Part shown: positions 1 through 11,386 of the stretch, piece after piece
How the letters are laid out: each line of letters opens with the position of its first letter
Numbering within the stretch: the first letter of the stretch is position 1
Origin: Lama glama
Lineage: Eukaryota
Assembly: GCA_028534125.1 (NCBI GenBank)
Contig: CM052818.1
Span: 48,424,001 to 48,488,000, forward strand
Direction: 5' to 3'
Length of the DNA stretch: 64,000 nt
The notes under the pieces: model-generated
The model's input: only the letters and a program-made list of their open reading frames with translations
Databases searched by the model: none
What the model was told of the DNA's origin: nothing
Position numbers and translations under genes: made by a program

Positions 1-87
1 TTTATTTTGACAAGCATAATTTAATTTCACTTATTTAGGGTAATATTTCATCGTGCGCTAATGAATGCGCTCTTGTCTCTTTTGTAG

Positions 88-153
88 AAGTAATGGAATA
101 TTAGTAATATGAGACCTCACTGCTGTTCTCTGTTACTCAATCGCTCCTGACAG
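88..153 (+). other. Candidate non-coding exon (66 nt)
   Basis: Branch-like ctaat at about 58-62, acceptor tcttgtctcttttgtag, donor CAG|gtgagg. All three frames contain stops. Confidence 0.2.
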
Positions 154-1129
154 GTGAGGCGAGACCACCGAGGGGCGTGCATTCCAGTGGCTGGGTTGGG
201 GGAACCGGCAGCGTGAAAATCAGTGAGAATTCACTAAGGGACCACAATGAAGGTTTCTCAGTGTTTGCTGGTAAGTGAGCAGCATACAGATTTCAAGCAA
301 TGTACTGGGTGACGTGTTCAGTCTCCTTCTGGTATGATCTAGACCGACTCTTCTCTGGGAAATCAGAATCACCTTTTTGTTAGAAGGCTTTTTATATGCC
401 AAGAAGCAATACTTCTTCCAGATTTTCCTATTTCTACCAATAAATCTCTCTTCCTTCAAGACAAAACCTTCCAATTACCCTTTGCCTTTATTTTTAATTC
501 CCCTCCTCCGCTCGTTCGTCGACACAGCCCTCACAATTCTCTGTCCAAGTCTCTCCCATCCTTTCTGCTCAGCCCTCGTCACCTGAGTTGGTCACCCTCT
601 CCCGCCACCCCTTCCAGCCTCTGCCATCCTTTATCTCCCTTCAGCCTCGTGCTCATTTACGTTAGGCTGATCTTGAAGTGTTCTTGTGAACGTGCCAGCA
701 CTCAGTCCAAGAACTCCAGTGGTTCTGCATCGCTGCTGATGAGAGCAATGGGCTGAAGTCTATGTTCCTGGACAGGAACCCGAGACCCTCGCCAGGAGCC
801 GGCCTCCATCTTTCTAAGCCTATTTCCTCTTACCCTTTATATGAGCCTAGTCTTCCAGCCCGTCGGTGTCCTTGGGTAAACACAGTCATTGGACCTCAGT
901 CTCTCCATCTACAAATCATGGAGGCAATCGAGCCACAGTAACTCTCGGCTCCCCTTTGCTTAGTTTACTTTGATTAGTTTTCAATTCACCCTTTGATCTA
1001 CTGACATCGCTCATCTGACATTCACCTGAATCCTCAGACTTGCCGAACCCAGTGGGCAGTGGTCCTGGCTCCTCTGACCAGCACCGCCCAGGGCATCTCT
1101 CCTCTTAACTTTTGTGATTTTCCCCTTCT

Positions 1130-2125
1130 CTGGGGCTCCTCCTTCTTCTTGCATCATCTGCTCCCACTCTGCTCCCATCCCCAATTTCCTTCTTTTCATT
1201 TTCTTTAAGCTGAATCATTCCCCAGAATTTTACAAATATCTTTTTGCTACTTTTATTTTTTGTGGCTTATACAACTGGCTCAGCACTGCTCTGGAAAGCT
1301 GCTGACTTACAGATCTCCACGCCAGCCCGCATCTCTCTCCAGGGCTCTGGGCTCCCTTGCCTGGCTGGGCGGTCCACGTTGCTCCCCACGTATCTCACTG
1401 GTACCTCAAACCAAAAGTGACGCTGACTTCAATCATCATGTCATCACCAAAGGGTGCTTTATCTCTGCATCCCTTGCTTTAATGAGGAGTGTCATCTCCA
1501 CTCCGGCTGGCCAAACTGGACTCCAACCCTCCCCACTCCAGCTTCATTTTGAATTCCCCAACGTGCTCCTTAAGTGACTCAAGAATCAACTGTCACCGCC
1601 TCAGCCCAGAGCCTCACGGTCTCCTTTTCTTTGAAGGAGTTTCCCTCAATTTGTCTGATCCCCTTTTTCTTCCCCAGGAAGCTGATCCTTGGACGCAGTT
1701 ACCAAGGCGTGGCTTCAACTTCAGGGTTTCCCCTGCAACCTCCCAGGTGGAATCTGTGCTACAGCCCTTCACCAAAAGCTGGTTCTGTGAACTGGGTGGC
1801 CCTTGAGGGTAGTCTTGACCCTGCTTCCTCTTCTACTTCAACCCACACCATGCTTTGGACTGATTTTCACACAGTCCAATGTTACCTTCCCCGATCCGAC
1901 CCCTCCTAGTGACAGCGGTCTCCTCTGTCCTCACAGCCCCCCGACCCCTAAGCAGCCTCCCACCTCAGTTGTCCTGTAATTGTCGATCTGTCTTGCTTCC
2001 CCACCAGACTGTGGACTTTGAGGGTAAGAGTCCTGCTTGTCTTATGGACGCCTGTCACGCCAATGTTTTTCCCCGTTTCCGGCAGGAAGGAGACACTGCG
2101 TTTCCTGTGCTAATAAACAAACAAT
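1130..2125 (+). mobile_element. Degraded LINE-2 (L2) fragments
   Basis: Pyrimidine-rich L2 ORF2-like text (catctctctccagggctc..., ctcaaaccaaaagtga) and an L2 3'-end-like segment (gtcttgcttccccaccagactgtggactttgagggtaagag...aataaac). Probably discontinuous; boundaries approximate. Confidence 0.5.
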
Positions 2126-3622
2126 TGATGACAACAGTTTGCTCTCTCCTGCTGGAATACCCAGCAGTGAGAGTTTGCTGTCTCCCGTCGTGGATGATCT
2201 GGTTCCCAACCTCATGTCTGGATGATACCTTTGGCTCTAGGTCGAGCCTACGAGCATCTCCAGCCAGGCAGCCCCTGGCAGGACAGAGGGAAAACAGAGA
2301 AGACGAAGGAGGAGAAGTGAAACCCGGCAGGTGCCTGGGTTGTGTCCTTGTTCACGCCCTCTTGGATTCACCGTCCCAACATTTAACACTTGAACTCTCA
2401 GCTGCTGAGATCTGGAGTGAAGGAGCTCAGTTAGTCAACAAGACATGACAACATTCTGTTGCAGTGAGATTACTCACACCTACGCACACCGACGGGGCGT
2501 CAGGAGACACAGAGTAAAGTCCCGCAGCTTCCGAGACCTGAAACCGGCATTCTCCTCCAGCAGCACCCGGGAGGATGTTCCAAGAGAGAAAACACACAAG
2601 ACGCACGGCGTCTCTAACTGAAATGCGATGGAAGAATGGGGCCCATAGGATTCGAAAGATATTTTCCGTTCCCGTGTTCCTACACGGGTGTGGTTAAGTG
2701 GACTGACAAAGAATGGTGCATTATTTCTAAATAGGGGACGAATGCACATTTCTAGAGGGGCACACTCCACGGACTGTCAAAATCTACAGACACCATGACA
2801 CTGCAGTATAACTTCTATTCTGTTTATAATTTACTATTTATTCCTTAACGTTAATGCAAAATGCATATGTCTTTATTTGTTCCAGGATAAGAAGGATGTT
2901 TAGAAAACACTGGGGGATGCTTCCGGCACAGTCACGTCTCTAATCACGATAGTTTCCTCTCTGTCACAGAAAAATCGAAGCTCCAGGGATTCCGGATCAG
3001 GCTCCCACGGCCCTGAGAGTGTCTGACCTGGTCCACACAGATCTGGTCTCTGTTTTTCTGATACTTTCTGACCTTCACATCATCACCTTCCTTCAGAGAG
3101 ACTCACGGGGGGCACCTTCCTTCTGGGAGGAGGTCGCCTTCCTTCTGGAAGGTCCATGGAAGGCAGCCTTTCTTCTGGTCAACGATGCCTTTCTGACTGG
3201 CATGTGGCTTCCCTACGTTGGTGCATGAAGCACTCTGGGAGGTGCTCTCCCACCACCGGCCGGAAGGCGAGCAGACTGAGGCACCTTGGAATGCTAGCCT
3301 TCCTGCACTCACTGACTGTAGAAGCATGGCGGTGCACCACGTCTGGGCTCCGGGGAGACAGCAGTAAACAAAGGAAGGGGTGCTCTGTCATGTAGGATGA
3401 TCAGGGGAGGTGTCTCCAAGGAAGTGATATTAAAGAGAAGGCAAAGAAAGCAAGCCAGTCACACAGAGAGCTGAGAAAAGATGGAGGTGATACTGGGGTA
3501 CCTGTCTCCCAGCAGTCCCCCGTCACCCCACCCACCCTGCCCAGCGCGCCCGCCCCCCGCCTCCCTTTCCTGGGTCTCAGCTTCTCCAGGGCAAGTGGAC
3601 AGCCCGAAGCCCCTCCGCCTCA

Positions 3623-3721
3623 ATCTCCCTCTCTCTCCCGTCTCTCCATCTGTCTCTCTTGTGTCTCTCTGTCCTCTCTGTCTCTCTGTCTCTCTCTGTC
3701 TCTCCATCTCTCTCTCCTCTC
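3623..3721. repeat. (CT)n/(CTGT)n polypyrimidine microsatellite
   Basis: Seen directly: ctctctctcccgtctctccatctgtctctcttgtgtctctctgtcc... Confidence 0.9.
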
Positions 3722-4916
3722 ATAGACTCATCTTTGGAAAATGTTGTGATCGAATCTAAATCTTGATATGAAGAAGGGAGAATCTGTCATTTAATAATCT
3801 CTTCTTTCTCTCCAAAGCCTGACTGTCAAAACAATGTAAGCTCACCGAGGCTTGGTCTCACACAGTAGCCTCTCCCCCTGCTCTGGGGCCACAAGCCTCG
3901 CGGCTCCGCCTTAGAAGTGACAGCCACGAGGGAGCATCGTTTCCGGGGGAAATGGGAGCCTGTGGATGTAACAGCCTCGCACGCTTTCCTGGGATTCCGC
4001 ACGTCTTTACACCGAGGATTCCGCCAGCATGCATACCCTCATTTTGACCTTCGAAGGTGCCTTTGGTTCTCCTGGAAGAAGCGCACAGCCGTGGGAGTCA
4101 GGTTCCAGGTTTTCTTTAATCGTTTTTGCTCCCTGAGCAACTCTGACGCGTCCCTGTCTCCCACCAGCAAGACGCTGCTATCTGGAGGCAGAGCGAACGC
4201 AGGGGCTGCTCCCCGTCCCTCTGCTGAGTGAACGCATACAGGAAATCAGGAAAGGCTTCTTGCAGACCCTCACTGTGCTTGCCTCGGGGTCCAAAGCGGC
4301 CCGGGTGGAGTAGGGGTCAGTCCACTGCAATCAAACTAACTTTTGCACTTGGAAGAAGAGCAGAGACGGTCCCTTGGCCATTTGGGATGCTCCAACGTGA
4401 ACTTTCACTCCGGGTGGCCACTCGGCAGCGAGGTGCCCAGCGGGCTTTGATGCTGTCTGTCCGGGATTCAGCAGAGACGTGTGGGTTGGGTAGAAAGGTT
4501 TTAGAATCCGGAAGGTAAAAGTGGAAGTCAAAGTCTTAGATGTCAGTGAGAATATCGAGGAAAAAGGTACAGCGCTGATGAAGGCAGGAAGTAGGAGGCA
4601 TTGTGGAAAAGGACAAGTCTGAAGAAGGGGACAAAGAGTGAGCGTGGCTGGAAAGCTGCTCCAGGAAGAACCACCCATGGGGGAGGGAGGACGTCCCAGA
4701 GACAGGGGGGCGCTGAGTCTGGGTGTGTCGTGGGCACTTGCTGGGAGTGGGGAAGGGGCGGGCTGGGCTCGGACACATCCAAGCGCCTACAGGAGGGCCC
4801 GGGCCAGCAGGCGTGAGCCCCGCTCACCTGCGCGGGGCTGGGGGAGCCATGGGGGAGCAAGACGTAGCCCCTCCCCCTGGAGAACGTTCTTCGCAAACCA
4901 TCCTAACCTGGAAGCA

Positions 4917-4968
4917 TGTGTGTGCCTTTGTGTGTGTGTGTGAAAGCGTGTGCCTGTGTGCCTGTGTG
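4917..4968. repeat. Imperfect (TG)n microsatellite
   Basis: tgtgtgtgcctttgtgtgtgtgtgtgaaagcgtgtgcctgtgtgcctgtgtg. Confidence 0.8.
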
Positions 4969-5489
4969 ACTTGTGAAACTGGATTCTTGATTTCAAACCT
5001 TGTTGCCTCAGAGAGTGGCCCAGACCCTTGACTGGACATAAATAGGCCCCACCTGAGCGTGTCTCTGTTCCTTTCCTGAATTTCACAACCATCCTGCATG
5101 TCATTTAAGAAGTCAGGTTTTTTTTTTTGTTTTTTGGGGGGGTTGGCAGTTTTCTCTTCCTCTCTCTCTCTCTCTGTCTCTCCAGCCACCAAATTAGACC
5201 CTACCCTGCGAGACGGTGGACACCTTTGGTTGTCTGTAAATAATCATAAGTTCACAGTCTCCACAACGATGATCATGGCTCACAATCTGTTGGAAATGCT
5301 ACAAGCCATCCCGTTTATTCACTCTGCAAATCTTCCCGTACACCTTGCATGGAATCATAATTTTGTTTTTAAGCTTGCATTTTTCAAAGTGGAACTTCGT
5401 TTAATCCTCCATTTATCTTCAGGCAGTGGAGGTAAATCTGGGCCTGGCAATCTTTTATCTGAATAATTAACCGCGTTTGATAAAAATGC

Positions 5490-6340
5490 CCCCTCAGCTC
5501 CTGAGACCCTGCGAGCTCGGGGCTGATGACGGAAGGGTCGCACAGTGGCAGAGCGAGGGCGTCCGCGGGAGGCCGAGCCTGCGGCTGGGGCCGGTGACAG
5601 GTGACGCAGAGGCTGCTGTGCAGACGGAGGGGTGCGTCCGGCGAAGCGCGCAGGGGCAGGAGTCTGACCGTGAGCTGCCGGCTTTCCCCGGGCGCGGGGA
5701 CCCGCCTCCCGCTGCTCCGCTTGCAGATTCTGGGACACGGTCGTTTCTCCACGCAGCCCAGACGAGGAGCTCTGACTCGCACCTTCCCTGCATCCTGCAC
5801 AAATCCATAGAAACCTCAGCATCCCCAACCTCCCTAGTGGTGGGACAGGGTCCCCGGAGCGGCCCCGAGGCCGGGCGCCCTGAGCCGCAGCGGGCTCTGG
5901 GGTTCTGGGGACGGCGGGCTCCCGCAGGAGGCGGGGGGACCAGCACACGCGGGGCCTCTCCAGGAACCGCAGCAGCGGCGCTGTGAGGAGAGGGGCCGAG
6001 GCGCGTGGAGCCGGGCACCAGGGCAGTGCTGGCGGCAGCAGGATTTCCAGGAGGGTGGACAGGCGAACTGTGCCCACTCCAGGCCCCCGTGGAGGGAGCC
6101 GGCCTGCAGCGCGGGTCAGCACCCAGCCATCTGAGAAGGCAACCCTCACAGGGACACCAAACAGAACGGGCCTGTGCAGAGAGGGCCACAGAGCCGTGTT
6201 CCGGGCCCTGATCATCTACCACGTGCTGCTGCGGGAAACACTCTCTTCTGCTGGGGGAAGGTCGGGTGCCCCAGCTTCCAGACACAGGGGCAGTGTGGGG
6301 GTCGAAACGGAGATGAGGTCGAGTCCGGCAGCTCCGACCT
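5490..6340. promoter_or_regulatory. CpG-island-like GC-rich segment
   Basis: Dense CpG dinucleotides and very high GC by eye, flanked on both sides by AT-rich non-repeat blocks. Confidence 0.55.
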
Positions 6341-8436
6341 CCTGCCTCACCCATGAGTCCGGCAGGGCACTTTGATATTCTCAGAATGAATGCTATTTTT
6401 GACCTTCTTCCTTTGATAAATGGAATCGCTTGGTTCACACACTTTAATGTGGTTTTCACAGAATCTATCAGAGCAAGGAAAAAAGAGAAGGCACGAGGGA
6501 GTCTGGGGCCGCCTCGCTAGCCCATCCCCCTGGGCCACAGCAGAACCCGGGCCCATCCATGCGAAGTCCCTCTGTCGCTTGTCGGTTTGGCCAGCAGACA
6601 AGCTCAGGAAGAGGGGCTTAATTAAAGAGCCTGTAATGGCGTCTAAAAGACCTTGGACTGCCCCTGCGTGGGCCCCTCACCCCTTCCTCAGAATCTTTTT
6701 AACTCTTTTCACGGTGGCATTGTCCTCACGGCAGCCCAAAGCAATGAGGCCGGGGCTGTGACTTCCCTTGTGGACAAACGGCCAGGCCGAGGTGCTGCGG
6801 GGCAACAGGCCCCTCTGCGGTGACTTGGAACCTGAAATGGCTCTCAGGGCTGGGGCCTCAGCTGCTGCCTGCTGGCCCCTCTAATTGTCACCAGGTCCCA
6901 GCCTTCTGGTCACTGTCCACCCTGCCATCTATGCCGACTGTGTTCCCTCCAGGCTCATGCTGGCAGGATTCCCTTTTGTTTCACTGGAGATCTTACGTCT
7001 GTGCACCTACAGACGGTGGGGGGGGGGGCTGTCCATCTGCTTGTGTGGGTCTGCGGGGCCGTCTGCTCCAGGGAGCACCACCTGGATGACAGGCTCCCCC
7101 CAGGGCCGCTGCCAATGTGGGCATCCATGTGGGGTCTCATGGGAAGTATGGGACGCGGTGCTGGAGGAGTCTGGAGTCAGCCTGCTCCTGCGAGGGGTGC
7201 GTGCGGAACTTGAGGGTCCAGGAGGTGAGGGAATTTGAGGCCCAGCCAGAACGTAAGCTGAGGAATGCTGATTCCCAGTGTATGAAATGGGAGAGAGGAC
7301 CTGAGGCTTCTGAGGGGCGGGCCCTCCTGACCTCCCGACCAGAAGAGCGGAGACCTGGGAGCTGGAGGGGCAGGGACGCCCCAGCGGGAGGAGGCCTGAC
7401 ATCAGAGCAGCTGCGGGAGAGGCGGAGGCCCGGCCACCCTACACCCGAGGACGGGGATGATGCCGGACCTCAAAATCCTCTAGAGAGTGAAGCACGGAGA
7501 GAAGGGCCTCTGTCTCCCCAGAGGAGGATCTTGAAGTGGGTCCAGGTGGGCTTGGTGGGGGGTGAAAAACGCACATTTCCCTCTGGGCAACATCACCGCG
7601 GCCCCTGCTGGATGCTCCTTCCACATCACTCTAACGACTTCAGGATCAGCTATGACACAGCTTCTGTTTGGAGCCGAAACCCAGAGGGGATATGATGTAT
7701 CAAAGGCTGCAGAAGTAATTCATTGTAGCGCTCAGACCACATAGCATCTCCTTATTTAAAGTGTTGCAAATATTTCGAATGAGCATGTTTCTAGCATTTT
7801 GGAACTTTTCTGTCTTTAATTTGGAATGCGCTCAGTTTAGAAAAATATTAAGTGCAATGTATACACTGATATCCACCCACAAGACAAGTAATAATTCCTA
7901 TTTCTTTATTAAGCTCCAATGGTGAGGCGTGTGTTTTCCCGAAACTGCATCCTACACTTTGACCCAGAAGGTGGGAACTGTTGCTTCGGTTCTGCAGGTA
8001 AGAAAAGTCTCAGCAAGGAGCCTGTCATAGCAAAGCAGGCGGCAGAGATGGCGCTCAAGCAGACAGGGAGTCAGGGTGGGCGCCCGGTCTGCCTGACTCC
8101 GCAGCCGGTGCCACGCACGTCCCCAGCACCAAGGGCTCCCTGAGGGATGGGGCTTGTGTTTAACAAAAGCGAAACCCCACAGAATCATTCAATAGATTTT
8201 GCTTTCTTAATCTAAGGAAGGAAGGAGGAAAGTGGGGAACGTGGGAAATGTACGAACAAAACAGGGGAATGTTATTAAAGCAAGCTTTCTTTCGGCCCCA
8301 ACACGAATCCTTCAGCAGGATTCCCCGGTCGGCGGGTCCTGTTGAAGTGGGAGGAGGGGCTGCTTCCTGGGTCAGTGCACAGCCCTGGCGGCCAGACCGA
8401 TTCGAGTCCCCCCGCATGGCTGGGGACGCCTACATG

Positions 8437-8484
8437 CACACACTCTCACTCACACACTCACACACACACACACAGACACACACT
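8437..8484. repeat. (CA)n microsatellite
   Basis: cacacactctcactcacacactcacacacacacacacagacacacac. Confidence 0.85.
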
Positions 8485-11323
8485 CTTACACCAGGGGTTG
8501 GCTGGGCTGTTAGTCCAGCCATCAGTTGAATCTGACCTCGTAGGAGCGTCAAAGGGTGAGCACGGGACAACCTGATTTCCAGGAAGAAATAAAAGTCCGC
8601 TGAATTTGCGCTTCCTGCCTTTCCCAGCCGTCCCCATGTTCACCGCCACTCAGGGCCTCCTATCTATGCAGATAAACGGAGTCAGAGGAAAGCTTCCGTC
8701 TAAGGCTGTATTATCTGGAATGCCCTGCGTGGTTCCCTGGAAGCATTTTCACTCATGACCACCCCAGCTCCCACCAGAAACACACAAGGCAAGTGGAGTT
8801 CTCGCAAAACAGGCTGTCAGGGTGGATTTACATGTGTGCACACACGCACACACACGCACAGGGTGGGGCAGGTCTCCTAGTTTGCCTCCGCCAATAAATA
8901 CCAGTGTTTCCCATGGTGGTTTGATAGGAGATAAGGCTTTGCACTAATTATAAAATGCAGTGTATCTGCAAATCAGCAATATTTCAATAAAAGGCGGTGT
9001 AAATTTGCATATGCTGATAAGCACTGCTTTTCTGAGCAGCAGTGGCAATGCTGAATTTTTCGCTCCCTCGTTCAGCCTTTGTTGAACAGCGGCCCTCTGC
9101 TCGTAGCCACTGACGTTCCATCGTGCACTCCTGCTGTTGCACGTGTAGGTGTGGTATGTGATCTTCTCTTTTGAGGATTTTGGCACTGAAAGAATCACTC
9201 TGTTGGGAAAATGTGGGGGAAGAAAATTCTGTTTCCTCTAGAGTCAACCCATTTGGAAGCAGGAGCGAAGTTCCCGCAAGACCCAATGTTGTTTTAGCTC
9301 AAATGTCCTTTGTGAGATAAAGCTCCAAGGATGGAAATGAGCTGCCTCTGTCCTGAGAATCTTCCCAAGCGCATTCTTTCAAAGGGATTGTCCAGGCCGC
9401 GCTGGGACCACGGCAATGCAGACACGCACGGCTGGCTCAATAGAGAGGCTTACAAAACCTGCTGCCGGCCTTCTGAGGGAGACCCTCTTCTTGGGGGCTC
9501 AGGGCCGGGGAGACAGGCCAGGAGCCCAGGACCATTCAGAGCAGCACAGGACCGTGCTTTTCCAGATGAAGACCCGAGAGCGTTGAAAATGCAGAGAATT
9601 TACAAACTGTGTTTGTCCGAGGGATGGGGGAACTGGGAGGAACAGGGCAGTTACCTTCCCCCCGGAATCTCTTCTCGGGAGGCCCCCCTAGAAAGCCCTT
9701 CCTCCAGACCCTGGGGTGGCGCTCATTACCCATAACCCTTTACTCCTGGAAAATAAAAACCAGACAGGTAGCAAATTTCAAGATGCAAAAGAAAATTAGC
9801 TGAGTAGGCGAAGAGCCGGCAGGGGGTGCGGTGGGGGAAGGGGATGGGGCGGCTGCATGGGTGTCCCCCACCAGCCCCGGGTGTGGTCCCTCTCTCTGCT
9901 TTGAGCAGCCCGGCCATCTCTCGGAGAGCTGAGTCGACTAGAGACCACCCTTTGTGACAGTGGTGCTGTCAGCACCGTGGCTGTGATTTATGCACAGAAA
10001 CCCTGCAGCACAGGCTGACTACATTACAGCTCACAACGCAGGGCTTCGAGAGCACACGCCCCTCTGGGTTTCCCACTTTTATCAACATTAAGATCGGGTC
10101 TGGGAACATCTAGTGCACGTGGTATTTGATCTGAAAAGAATAAAACATTTCCACATGTTTCTGTGTAGTTTTGAAGCAGAGAGAGCAACACCACCACATT
10201 ACATCGAGTTGAGTCAAGAGGCAAAGCCAACGTGATTCCTCTAAAAAAAAAAAAGAAAAGCAACCAGAAAGGGTTTTTCCCTGAGACATTCATGGGGACG
10301 CTGGGCAGTCAACTTCATCTGAATAAAAGCACACTGAGTCAGCGCCACGGGCACAGGGGACATCACCACACAGGGCGACACGTGCTGGGAGGGGACTTGG
10401 GGTTGCTGCGCACTTCTCACTCAGACAGCATCTTGCCCTGTGGACGGACCTGGGATGCGGCTTCCCTTGACCCGTTTAGGACCATCTCCGCAGACAAGAT
10501 GGGGGGTGCTGGGAAGGACACCTGGGCTCCTGCCACCCGCTGGACCTGCAGGCTCACGCCCCCCCTCTTGGCCGCAGATAATTCCCCACCCTCCTTCAGC
10601 TGCGCCAGGAGGAGACAGACAGGGAAGTGTGGGGAAAGCACACATGGCAACAAAGCCCGTTTGACAGAGCGGAGACCTTGCAGAGAACGGGAGCGCCTAT
10701 TCAGAGCATCACCGTGCAGGGACCTTCACGGGCTCTTGGCGCTCTGGAAGACTTTTTCAATGTATACACTCTCCATGTGGGGCTGAATCATTCCCTGGCT
10801 AGCCACCTCTCTCCCCCACTCCCAGCTCTCTCCAGATACATGGTTCTATGAAAAATCTATGCCAGCATCTGGGGAACACGAGGACCTACTGGTAGCCGGC
10901 TCTGTGAGCAGAGGGCCTGGAGGCATCACCCTCTGCTCCCCTCTGCAGCCCCCGCATCTGCACACCTGTCCTCTGGATCCTGAGCAAAAAGCTTTGCCTT
11001 CCGGGGGGCCGGGAAGACAGGGCCTGGGAAGGCCCCGGGATTCGCTGCGCAAGGGCACAGCTCTCCTTCCCCTCCTGGGGGCGCAGTAAGAGAGCCCAGG
11101 CCTGACTCCTGGCACAGCCTCTGCCCCCCGGGCTGAGCCTGCTGTCGGCCACGTCAGGGCGGGGGTGGCAGGGCATGGAGGGGTGTGTGCGTGCATGTCT
11201 AAAGAATATGAATTCACACTGAAATCCTCGGGAACATTTACCAGCCGTGAAGTGTCTGTTCCCAACTAGGACTGACTTGAGCATCAATAAAATGTTTCTG
11301 TAGCTGGATCTGCCCTCCTCTTT

Positions 11324-11386
11324 CACACACTCCCTGACACACACACACACGCACACACACACCCACGGGCACACACAGGCACACAC
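11324..11386. repeat. Imperfect (CA)n microsatellite
   Basis: cacacactccctgacacacacacacacgcacacacacacccacgggcacacacaggcacacac. Confidence 0.85.

Noticed and set aside
5355..6459. Long overlapping ORFs (286 aa and 321 aa on -, others on +)
   Set aside because: Pro/Arg/Gly/Ala-rich low-information translations, open on both strands at once. This is expected from stop-codon scarcity in GC-rich DNA, and I see no recognisable domain.
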